The notes beneath the pieces are model-generated. The model searched no databases, was not told the origin of the DNA, and saw only the letters and a list, made by a program, of their open reading frames with translations. A program made the position numbers and the translations under genes. A DNA stretch of 64,000 nt from Alphaproteobacteria bacterium (GTDB taxonomy: Bacteria; Pseudomonadota; Alphaproteobacteria; UBA7887), in assembly GCA_965216755.1 (NCBI GenBank), contig CBDCGL010000011.1, forward strand, positions 3,475,482 through 3,539,481, given 5' to 3'. Position 1 is the first letter of the stretch. Each line of letters starts with the position of its first letter. This document shows positions 56,350-64,000 of this stretch, piece after piece.

Positions 56350-57491
56350 TGCGCCGCGGCGCCGTTCAAGAATCCCTGCATCACCGCCAAAAACTCGGGT
56401 TCATCGAGCAAGAAGCTGTCATGGCCCTTGTCGGTCTCGATTTCAACAAAGCTGACATTGGCGGCGTTGGCATTGAGCGCGCGCACGATCGAACGGCTTT
56501 CGGCCGTCGGAAAAAGCCAATCGCTGGAAAACGACACCAACAGAAAGCGGACCGGGGTGTCTTTGAAGGCGGCGGCCAAGGAACCGTGGTCGGCGGCCAA
56601 GTCGAAATAATCCATGGCCCGGGTGATGAAGAGATAGGAGTTGGCGTCGAACCGCTCGACAAATGTGCTGCCCTGGTGGCGCAGATAGCTTTCGACCTGG
56701 AATTCGGCTTCGAAGCCGTAGGTGAGCTGTTGGCTATCTTGCAGCATGCGCCCGAACTTGCGGTGAAAGGCGGCGTCAGAAAGGTAGGTGATATGGGCAA
56801 CCATGCGCGCCACCGCCAAACCTTGATGGGGCGTTTCACCTTGGGCGGCATAGTTTCCCTTATGCCACATCGGGTCAGACATGATCGCTTGGCGGCCGAC
56901 CTCGTGAAAGGCGATATTTTGGGCCGTATGGCGTGCCGATGCTGCGATCGGGATGGCGGTATAGACGCGATCGGGAAAACGCGCCGCCCATTCCAGGGCC
57001 TGCATGCCGCCCATGGACCCGCCGACCACGCTGAACAGTTTTTCAATGCCCAAATAATCAAGCAGAAGCGCCTGGGCGCGCACGATGTCGCCGATGGTGA
57101 TCACCGGGAAATCCAAGTCGTAGGCCTTGCCGGTCTTGGGGTTCTTTGTGCGCGGCCCCACGGAACCCATACAGCCGCCGAGCACGTTTGAGCAAATGAT
57201 GAAATAGCGATCCGTGTCGAACAACCGACCCGGGCCGACCAGATGGTCCCACCATCCGGGGCGGCCGGTCATGGGATGGTTGCCGGCAACATATTGGTCG
57301 CCGGTCAGGGCGTGACAAATCAAAATGGCATTGGAGCGGCCAGGATTGAGTGTGCCATAGGTCTGATATGCCATGTCGAACGGCCCAAGCGGTTGACCGC
57401 AATCCAGCAGCATCGGTTCCGGATCGCCAAGCCGGGCGATCGGATGATGCGTGATGTCGGTGCGCAAAGGCTGGTCGGATATGATCGTCAC
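56328..57491 (-). CDS. metX: Homoserine O-acetyltransferase
   Basis: 387 aa; alpha/beta-hydrolase nucleophile [12 protein letters not shown]; GTG start with AAGGGA RBS. Confidence 0.9.
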   Translation of the reverse strand: MTIISDQPLRTDITHHPIARLGDPEPMLLDCGQPLGPFDMAYQTYGTLNPGRSNAILICHALTGDQYVAGNHPMTGRPGWWDHLVGPGRLFDTDRYFIICSNVLGGCMGSVGPRTKNPKTGKAYDLDFPVITIGDIVRAQALLLDYLGIEKLFSVVGGSMGGMQALEWAARFPDRVYTAIPIAASARHTAQNIAFHEVGRQAIMSDPMWHKGNYAAQGETPHQGLAVARMVAHITYLSDAAFHRKFGRMLQDSQQLTYGFEAEFQVESYLRHQGSTFVERFDANSYLFITRAMDYFDLAADHGSLAAAFKDTPVRFLLVSFSSDWLFPTAESRSIVRALNANAANVSFVEIETDKGHDSFLLDEPEFLAVMQGFLNGAAAQCRLPQP

Positions 57492-57600
57492 ACAAATATT
57501 CCCTTCCGCGCCGCCTCTGCCACCGGCGGCCGGATCAAGATTTTCGGCGCGCCGTCAGGACGCTCGGACGGCACACATAATACTAACCCGATGACCTAGA

Positions 57601-57680
57601 ACAGTATCCAACAATATTGAGCCAGTTCTGTGGGCACCCGCCGGTCGCCGACAGAACTGGCTCAATAATCGTGGATACTG
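57601..57680. promoter_or_regulatory. Long imperfect inverted repeat (about 30-bp arms, 19-nt loop) in the metX / chorismate-mutase divergent region
   Basis: ACAGTATCCAACAATATTGAGCCAGTTCTGT-[19 nt]-ACAGAACTGGCTCAATAATCGTGGATACTG; 3 mismatches. Confidence 0.45.
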
Positions 57681-57789
57681 CTTTGCAAAGGACGACGCGT
57701 ATCTGTCAACGACTTCTTTGCATTTGGCGGGGTGCGTGCTATGAGCGCCTGCTGGTCGCCGGTGCGGCCGCACAGCCGGATCTTCAAGG

Positions 57790-58668
57790 ATGAACGAGAC
57801 GGAAAACCTTAAAAAACTGCGCGCCGAAATCGACGCGATCGACGACCAGATCCACGACTTGCTCATGCGGCGGACAGAGGTCGTCCTCAAGGTCGGCGCC
57901 CTCAAACGCGGCAGTGGGGCTGCCGGGCTGGCGCTGCGCCCGGGTCGCGAGGCGGCCATTTTGCGCCGGTTGGCGACGCGGCATCAGGGGCCCTTTCCCG
58001 CCCCCGTGATGGTGCGGATTTGGCGCGAGCTGTTGTCGGCGCAGGTCTCGATTCAGAGCGATTTCTCGGTGGTCGCGTTCGCGCCGGAAGGCCTTAATGT
58101 TTATCGCGATTTGGCGCGCGACCAATTTGGCGCGACCACACCGCTGCGTACGCGGCCGTCGGTGATGCAGGTCTTGACCATGGTCGACGAGGGCGCGGCA
58201 TCGGTGGGGGTGTTGCCAATGCCGGTGGGGGAGCGTCAGGATCCGTGGTGGCGCGGGCTTGTTGCTGCCGATTCCGAGGCGCCGCAAATCATCGCACGGT
58301 TGCCATTTTACGAAGCGACGCCGGATGCCGCCGACCAGCCGTCGGCCTTGGTGATTGCGCGCACCGATCCGGATCCGACCGGCGATGACATCACCATGAT
58401 CGCCGTAGAGGTCCAGGGCAGCATCAGCCGCGATCGCGTGCGTGGCGCGTTTGCCGCCCACCAGCTTGCGGTGTCGTGGGTTGGCGCCTGGAACGACCCC
58501 GACGACCCTGACCATGCGATGCATCTGTTGGCGGTTGACCGCTTTGTTGGCCGAAATGAGCCGCGCTTGACCGCCATCCGCGAGGAATTAGGCAGCGATG
58601 CCGTGGTCATCCGGTCGCTCGGCGGTTATGCCCGACCGCTTGCCGCCGGCGAAGATCCCTCTGGCTGA
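57790..58668 (+). CDS. Chorismate mutase-family protein (AroQ domain plus PDT-like domain)
   Basis: N-terminal AroQ helix motif LRAEIDAIDDQIHDLLMRR; C-terminal periplasmic-binding-like segment. Confidence 0.6.
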   Translation: MNETENLKKLRAEIDAIDDQIHDLLMRRTEVVLKVGALKRGSGAAGLALRPGREAAILRRLATRHQGPFPAPVMVRIWRELLSAQVSIQSDFSVVAFAPEGLNVYRDLARDQFGATTPLRTRPSVMQVLTMVDEGAASVGVLPMPVGERQDPWWRGLVAADSEAPQIIARLPFYEATPDAADQPSALVIARTDPDPTGDDITMIAVEVQGSISRDRVRGAFAAHQLAVSWVGAWNDPDDPDHAMHLLAVDRFVGRNEPRLTAIREELGSDAVVIRSLGGYARPLAAGEDPSG

Positions 58669-58672
58669 ACGG

Positions 58673-59560
58673 ATGGCACAGCCGCCCCTATTTCGACGCG
58701 TGGCTCTGCTCGGCCTGGGGCTGATTGGCAGTTCGCTCGCCCGCGTCATACGCCAGGAACATTTGGCGGAGACGGTCATCGGCTATGCGCGCAGCGCGGC
58801 GACGCGGCAGAAGGCGATGAATCTAAAGATCGTGTCCGCGGTTGCTGAAACAGCCGAGGCGGCAGTTCAAGACTGCGACTTGGTTGTGCTGTGTGCCCCG
58901 GTCGGTGCGAACCAGGCGCTGGCCCAGGCGATCGGGCCGCATCTTGCGCCTGGCGCCATTGTTAGCGATGTCGGTTCTGTCAAACAGGCAGTGATTGCCG
59001 CGGTGGCGCCGCACCTTCCGGCACACGCCAGTTTGGTGCCCGCCCACCCGATCGCGGGAACCGAGCATTCTGGGCCGGAAGCGGGTTTCGCGTCGTTGTT
59101 CAAGGGCCGCTGGTGCGTCATCACGCCGCCGCCGGATACGGATCCGCAAGCTGTCGACAAGATCGGCGCGCTGTGGCAGCGGGCGGGCAGCATGGTCGAC
59201 GTGATGTCGGCGGAACATCACGATTTGGTTCTGGCCATCACCTCGCATATCCCCCATTTGATCGCTTACAACATTGTCGGCACCGTCGCCGATTTGGAGG
59301 ACGATACCAAGCTTGAGGTGATCAAATATGCGGCCAGCGGATTTCGCGATTTCACCCGCATTGCCGCCTCTGATCCGGTCATGTGGCGCGATGTGTTCAT
59401 AAACAACCGCGAGGCGGTTTTAGAAATGCTGGGCCGTTTCAGTGAAGACCTGTCGCGCTTGCAACGGGCGGTGCGGCGCGGCGATGGTGACACCTTGGAA
59501 GAGATGTTTCGGCGCACGCGCAGCATTCGCCGGGATGTGGTCGACGCCAAGCAGGCGTAG
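58673..59560 (+). CDS. Prephenate/arogenate dehydrogenase (TyrA family)
   Basis: VALLGLGLIGSS Rossmann; TyrA-family catalytic His region (ITSHIPHLIAY). Confidence 0.8.
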   Translation: MAQPPLFRRVALLGLGLIGSSLARVIRQEHLAETVIGYARSAATRQKAMNLKIVSAVAETAEAAVQDCDLVVLCAPVGANQALAQAIGPHLAPGAIVSDVGSVKQAVIAAVAPHLPAHASLVPAHPIAGTEHSGPEAGFASLFKGRWCVITPPPDTDPQAVDKIGALWQRAGSMVDVMSAEHHDLVLAITSHIPHLIAYNIVGTVADLEDDTKLEVIKYAASGFRDFTRIAASDPVMWRDVFINNREAVLEMLGRFSEDLSRLQRAVRRGDGDTLEEMFRRTRSIRRDVVDAKQA

Positions 59561-59562
59561 GC

Positions 59563-60621
59563 CTATTGCAGCGCGCTGGTGAGCGACGGCAATGCCACCA
59601 GCGGCACTGGCCCCAGGAATAGCGCGCCGTCGCGGGCGGTGAGCGGCAACTCAACAAAAGGCGCTTCGCCGTTCGCATCTTCTTGCGTTGCCAGCGCGAT
59701 GACCAGGTCGAGTGCCGTCGCGCCGTCGTCACTGATCAGCCCGCGTTGGTGGAGGTCTCGGACGAGCGCGGTGGCACCGCGGATACGCGCGGTCAGTTCG
59801 CCGGCCGGGCGAAGCCCCTCATCCAAGCTTAGAATTCCGCGTGCCCGCGCGTCGACTTTGCCCCAGAGAATGTCGGCCTGCCGAACTTGCAGCTGACCGC
59901 CGGCGCCGCGCCACGCGCGCAAGGCGGGCGCCGACAGGGCATTTGGCGCCGGCCCGGTGAGCAACAGGTCGGCGGTCACAGCGGCAATATCCGCGCCCAG
60001 CGCGCCGGCCAACGCGGGCGGCAGCGCAAGGTTGTCCAGGCGTATGACGGTCTGGATTGGTATCTCCGCGATTGTGCCATTGTCGCCGCCGTCGCCACCG
60101 GGTGAGGTGACCAGGCGTGCATGAAGTTGCGCCCGACCGAGCCGATAAGTGGCCCCGTGGGCCGGGTTGGCAATCGTCGCGTCGCCAATATCGACGGCCA
60201 GCTCACGGACTTGACGCGTGCCGTCCAGCCTCAAGCTGGCCAGGGCGCGTTGTGGCTGAATGTCGAGATCGGTTCGCGTATCGCCGCTGCCGATGTGCAG
60301 CGTGCTGGGGCCGCGCACGCGGCCGATCCAGCGTTTGAGATTCCAAGGCTGGGCGACAACATCGACGCGTTGTCCGCGCCACTGCCATGGCCGCGCAATG
60401 TTCGGCGCGGCGACAGTCAGGACGTCGGTCGCCGCGCTGAGGCGATAGGGATAGCCGGTGATGTTGAGCCCTGTCGGTTCAACATGTATGCCTTGTGCGT
60501 GCCACGCGGCGATTTGCCGCGCGGCGCCGGCGCGCAGCTGGTCGGAGAGTATCCACCAATAGGCGCTATAGCCCGCGGCGCCGAGGCCCAAAGCCGCGAA
60601 GATCAGGATGATTCGAAACAC
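59563..60621 (-). CDS. DUF2125-like membrane-anchored protein
   Basis: N-terminal TM (IILIFAALGLGAAGY), 352 aa, alphaproteobacterial-type conserved hypothetical. Confidence 0.45.
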   Translation of the reverse strand: MFRIILIFAALGLGAAGYSAYWWILSDQLRAGAARQIAAWHAQGIHVEPTGLNITGYPYRLSAATDVLTVAAPNIARPWQWRGQRVDVVAQPWNLKRWIGRVRGPSTLHIGSGDTRTDLDIQPQRALASLRLDGTRQVRELAVDIGDATIANPAHGATYRLGRAQLHARLVTSPGGDGGDNGTIAEIPIQTVIRLDNLALPPALAGALGADIAAVTADLLLTGPAPNALSAPALRAWRGAGGQLQVRQADILWGKVDARARGILSLDEGLRPAGELTARIRGATALVRDLHQRGLISDDGATALDLVIALATQEDANGEAPFVELPLTARDGALFLGPVPLVALPSLTSALQ

Positions 60622-60647
60622 TGTGTCAGTATTCGCTTTCTAGCCCC

Positions 60648-61181
60648 ATGGATGACATCTGGATCTTTGCCTATGGTTCGCTGATGTGGCGGCCCGACTT
60701 TCCATTCGTCGCGCGCCGCGCCGCGCTGTTACACGGTTACCACCGCGCGTTTTGCATCTATTCGACCCTCTATCGCGGCACGCCGGAAACGCCGGGGTTG
60801 GTCTTGGGATTGAATTTTGGAGGTTCGTGCCGCGGCTGTGTTTATCGTGTTCGCGGCCGTGATGCCACGGCGGTGATCGACTATTTGGATGCGCGCGAGT
60901 TGGTCTACGGCGTCTATGAGCGGCGCACCGTGCCCTTGACATTGGATTGCGGGCGCGTTGCCGCCACGGCTTATGTCGTTAACCGCGCCAACCCGCAATA
61001 TGCCGGTGATTTGCCGTTGGACGAGACTGTAGCTCTAATTTTGCAGGGGCACGGTCAAAGCGGTGCTTGTAAAGATTATTTGGAAAGCACGGTCAGGCAT
61101 CTGGATGAAATGGGCATTCCCGATAAACCATTGCATCATTTATGGAGGGCCGTGAAAATAGCGAAATCAAGCGCGGACTAA
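60648..61181 (+). CDS. chaC: Gamma-glutamylcyclotransferase (ChaC family)
   Basis: N-terminal FAYGSLMW motif; 177 aa. Confidence 0.8.
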   Translation: MDDIWIFAYGSLMWRPDFPFVARRAALLHGYHRAFCIYSTLYRGTPETPGLVLGLNFGGSCRGCVYRVRGRDATAVIDYLDARELVYGVYERRTVPLTLDCGRVAATAYVVNRANPQYAGDLPLDETVALILQGHGQSGACKDYLESTVRHLDEMGIPDKPLHHLWRAVKIAKSSAD

Positions 61182-61597
61182 TTGAAGAATCTCAGTCTAT
61201 TATCAATGTTCACACGGTCATAGAGCGATGTCTCAAGGGCGGTAATATGGATTGTTTGGGAATTATTTAAGAGCATGAATAAGATAAGCGTCGTCACTAT
61301 AAGAATAAACTTTGACATATTGTATTTCTATGTTGTTTCCATCAGAAGTCGATAAATATGATTATATCGCGATATCGCTTCGTGGTTTTTTCCTGATCAT
61401 CATGGGAATTCACCTGAGTGTATGGAAATATGTGAAATCCTATAGAGAATGAATGTATTTCCAACAAAATCTATCGAAGTAAATATTAGTTATGTCATTG
61501 ATATCTGAAATGACCATGGGAGAAGAGAAGTATCTTACGATACGCGAAAGAGACGCACACGGTTTCCCGTAGATATTATTGTTTCAAACAGGCGTTT

Positions 61598-63952
61598 CTA
61601 TTCGCAACGCGAATAGCCGCAGGCGGTGCAGCTGTCGCAACCTTCGACGCGGATCAAAGCCGGTGCGCCGCATCGCGGACAACCACGTTGTCGCCGCGTT
61701 CGGGGCTGTATGTCGGACGTTTCGGGGTCCGACCCGGGCGCGTCGTCGCCGATCAATGTGAGGGCCGGTGTCGACCCTTGCGGTAGAAACCCGGTGCTGA
61801 TCATGTGTTGTTCGATAACATCGCCGATCGCGGCCAACAGGGACGGCACATAGCGCCCGGCCACCCATTGGCCGCCGCGCGGATCGAACACGGCCTTGAG
61901 TTCATCGACGACAAACGACACATCGCCCCCGCGGCGGAACACCGCACTGATCATCCGGGTCAGCGCCAACGTCCAGGCATAGTGTTCCATGTTCTTCGAA
62001 TTGATGAAGATTTCGAACGGGCGCCGACGGCCGTCCTGGATGATGTCGTTGATGGTGATATAGATGGCGTGATCGCTGTCCGGCCAGCGCACTTTGTAGG
62101 TCGAGCCAGGCAAGGATTCGGGGCGTTCCAGCGGCTGCGTCATGTAAACGACACCGCCGGCGTCATATTCGTCCGCCGGCCGTGCGTCGCCGGGCCCCAG
62201 CGGCAATTCGACTTGCCGGCCGGCTTCGCGGGCCACGTCCGCAGCCGCGCCATCCGCGTCGGTTTCCAAGACCGCGCCGGTGATGCTGTTGGGCCGAAAC
62301 GTCGTGCAACCCTTGCAACCCATATCATACGCCTGTTCGTAGACAGACTTGAAATCATCAAAAGTGATTTCTTCGGCGCAATTGATGGTTTTGGAGATCG
62401 AGCTATCGATATGGCGCTGGGCGGCGGCCTGCATGACCAGATGATCGCGCGGCGTAAGGCTTTGTGCGTCGATAAAATAGTCGGGCAGGGGTGTATCGGC
62501 ACCATGCTGGCCGCGAAACAGCCGGTATGCGTAGTCGGAAACCTCCTCCGACCGGGTCGTGCCATCGGGCATCAAAACATTGCGCCGATAGGCGAAGCTA
62601 AACACCGGTTCGATGCCGGACGAAACATTGTCGGCCATCAGAGAAATTGTTCCGGTCGGCGCGATCGAGGTCAGCAACGCGTTGCGGATGCCGGATTTGG
62701 CGATGGCCGCGCGGACATCGTCGTCGAGCGCCGCGACCGTTTCGCCGGCCAAATACGGATCGCGTTGATAAAGCGGAAAGGCGCCTTTTTCGGCCGCCAA
62801 AGCTGCCGCCGTCAGATAGGCCGCGCGACGAATCCGCGCCAGCCAGCTCTCGGTCAGGCGCACAGCCTTGGCGCCGCCATAGCGTGCGCAACACATGATC
62901 AAGGCATCGGCCAGCCCGGTGACGCCCAGCCCAATACGACGCTTGGCGCGGGCTTCCTCAGCCTGCGCCGGTAGCGGATAGCCGGACACATCGATGGCGT
63001 CGTCCAGCATGCGCACGGCGGTCGCGGTCAGACCATCAAGCGCCGTTTCATCGATTGTGGCTTGGTCGGTGAAAGGTTGCTGCACCAGCCGCGCCAGATT
63101 GATTGAACCTAGGAGACAGGCGCCGTAGGGCGGCAATGGTTGCTCGCCACAGGGGTTCGTGGCGCTGATGGCTTCCACGTAGGCCAGGTTGTTACGCGCA
63201 TTGACCCGGTCGATGAATATCACGCCCGGTTCGGCATACGCATATGTGGCGCGCATGATCTTGTCCCACAGCCCGCGCGCCGAAACGGTCTTGTAAGTGA
63301 CGTCATCGAACACCAAGTCCCACGGCGCGTCGCGCTTGACCGCGTCCATCAACGCGTCGGTGACCAGAACCGACAGATTGAACATCCGTAATTGGCCGGG
63401 TTCACGCTTGGCGTCGATAAACGCCTCGATATCCGGATGGTCGCAGCGCAAGGTGCCCATCATCGCACCACGCCGGTGGCCGGCGCTCATGATTGTCCGG
63501 CACATGCCGTCCCAGACATTCATGAACGAGATCGGTCCGGACGCATCGGCACCGACGCCGCGCACGGGCGCGCCCAATGGCCGCAGCGTGGAAAAATCGT
63601 GGCCGATGCCGCCGCCCTGCTGCATGGTTAACGCGGCTTCCTTCAGCGAGTCGAAAATGCCCGCCATATCGTCGGCGATGGCGCCCATGACAAAGCAATT
63701 GAACAGCGTCACGGCCCGACCGCTGCCGGCGCCGGCGACAATACGCCCGGCCGGCAAAAACTTGAAATCAGCGAGCGCCCGGTAAAAGCGTTCCGCCCAC
63801 GGGGCCGGCGTCGTTTCAGGCGCCGCCAGCGCATGTGCGACGCGCCGCCAAGTGTCTTCCAGGGACTTGTCGACGACACTGCCGTCGGCCGCCTTCAGGC
63901 GGTACTTCATGTCCCAAATTTGGCGCGCGAACGGCGTCACGCTGGTGGTCAT
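61598..63952 (-). CDS. nrdJ: Adenosylcobalamin-dependent (class II) ribonucleotide reductase
   Basis: RNR catalytic Cys motif NPCGEQPL; 784 aa; C-terminal CX2C...CX2C zinc-ribbon tail. Confidence 0.85.
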   Translation of the reverse strand: MTTSVTPFARQIWDMKYRLKAADGSVVDKSLEDTWRRVAHALAAPETTPAPWAERFYRALADFKFLPAGRIVAGAGSGRAVTLFNCFVMGAIADDMAGIFDSLKEAALTMQQGGGIGHDFSTLRPLGAPVRGVGADASGPISFMNVWDGMCRTIMSAGHRRGAMMGTLRCDHPDIEAFIDAKREPGQLRMFNLSVLVTDALMDAVKRDAPWDLVFDDVTYKTVSARGLWDKIMRATYAYAEPGVIFIDRVNARNNLAYVEAISATNPCGEQPLPPYGACLLGSINLARLVQQPFTDQATIDETALDGLTATAVRMLDDAIDVSGYPLPAQAEEARAKRRIGLGVTGLADALIMCCARYGGAKAVRLTESWLARIRRAAYLTAAALAAEKGAFPLYQRDPYLAGETVAALDDDVRAAIAKSGIRNALLTSIAPTGTISLMADNVSSGIEPVFSFAYRRNVLMPDGTTRSEEVSDYAYRLFRGQHGADTPLPDYFIDAQSLTPRDHLVMQAAAQRHIDSSISKTINCAEEITFDDFKSVYEQAYDMGCKGCTTFRPNSITGAVLETDADGAAADVAREAGRQVELPLGPGDARPADEYDAGGVVYMTQPLERPESLPGSTYKVRWPDSDHAIYITINDIIQDGRRRPFEIFINSKNMEHYAWTLALTRMISAVFRRGGDVSFVVDELKAVFDPRGGQWVAGRYVPSLLAAIGDVIEQHMISTGFLPQGSTPALTLIGDDAPGSDPETSDIQPRTRRQRGCPRCGAPALIRVEGCDSCTACGYSRCE

Positions 63953-64000
63953 TTGCGGGTCCGATTTCGTCTGCTTCCAGGGGCGCAGACTCTAGGCCTC

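Noticed and set aside
57492-57790. SAM-II (metA/metX) riboswitch in the metX leader
   Set aside because: Looked for the conserved AAAGCU and U-tract pseudoknot consensus by eye in the reverse-complemented leader and did not recognize it. This cannot be excluded without an Infernal scan. A long inverted repeat is reported instead.
63953-64000. NrdR box or cobalamin riboswitch upstream of nrdJ
   Set aside because: Only 48 bp of upstream sequence lie within the window; no NrdR-box-like palindrome is seen in it.
1-64000. CRISPR arrays, tRNA/rRNA genes, transposases and integrases
   Set aside because: No regularly spaced direct repeats. No ORF-free 70-90 bp segments with tRNA-like conserved stems (GGTTCGAATCC-type T-arms not found in the gaps inspected). 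No transposase or integrase motifs in any ORF. The only repeat families seen are the two MITE-like palindromes.

Overview
This is a 64-kb, high-GC (about 65%) chromosomal segment with alphaproteobacterial-type gene content: AddA, PhaR, a split transketolase, metXW, class II RNR and a marine-proteobacterial-type sortase locus. The window is densely coding, with about 60 genes. I found no rRNA, tRNA, CRISPR arrays, transposases or integrases. Genes, in order: addA (3' part) and trxA; two tandem FtsX-type ABC exporter modules, each with a DUF3299 periplasmic protein; marR-folC; an SRAP peptidase; a CitE-like lyase; an ECF sigma/anti-sigma pair; an MFS transporter; a lipase-like hydrolase; a Nudix protein; an RTX calcium-binding protein; an acyl-CoA synthetase; a divergent MerB-like protein and a NIPSNAP protein; an SDR and a GST; an orphan ParA-like ATPase; a 4-gene same-strand cluster with overlapping start/stop codons (VIT-vWA sortase target, VIT-vWA paralog, sortase, enolase-superfamily enzyme); an orphan [2Fe-2S] subunit; a SoxYZ-like secreted protein; a TPR protein; a methyltransferase; an IorAB-type molybdo-oxidoreductase; a sugar epimerase; a HIBADH-family dehydrogenase; gamma-glutamyltransferase; split transketolase; panE; an acyl-CoA synthetase; an omega-aminotransferase; a degenerate EAL protein; a membrane SGNH hydrolase; a transaldolase-family protein; phaR, divergent from a PHA-synthase-like hydrolase; a cupin; a GST; a methyltransferase; metW-metX; chorismate mutase family plus tyrA; a DUF2125 protein; chaC; nrdJ. 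The most notable non-genic features are two copies of a ~90-120 bp AT-rich palindromic (MITE-like) element with a shared 24-bp terminal inverted repeat, at 41.1 kb and 53.5 kb; a conserved 24-nt motif upstream of both VIT-vWA paralogs; a 30-bp-stem inverted repeat in the metX/chorismate-mutase divergent region; and a 400-bp AT-rich (about 35% GC) island between chaC and nrdJ. The best candidate for a poorly described system is the operon of tandem VIT-vWA proteins, sortase and enolase-superfamily enzyme, in which only one paralog carries a sorting signal. A second candidate is the duplicated FtsX-ABC/DUF3299 module with a His-rich periplasmic insert.
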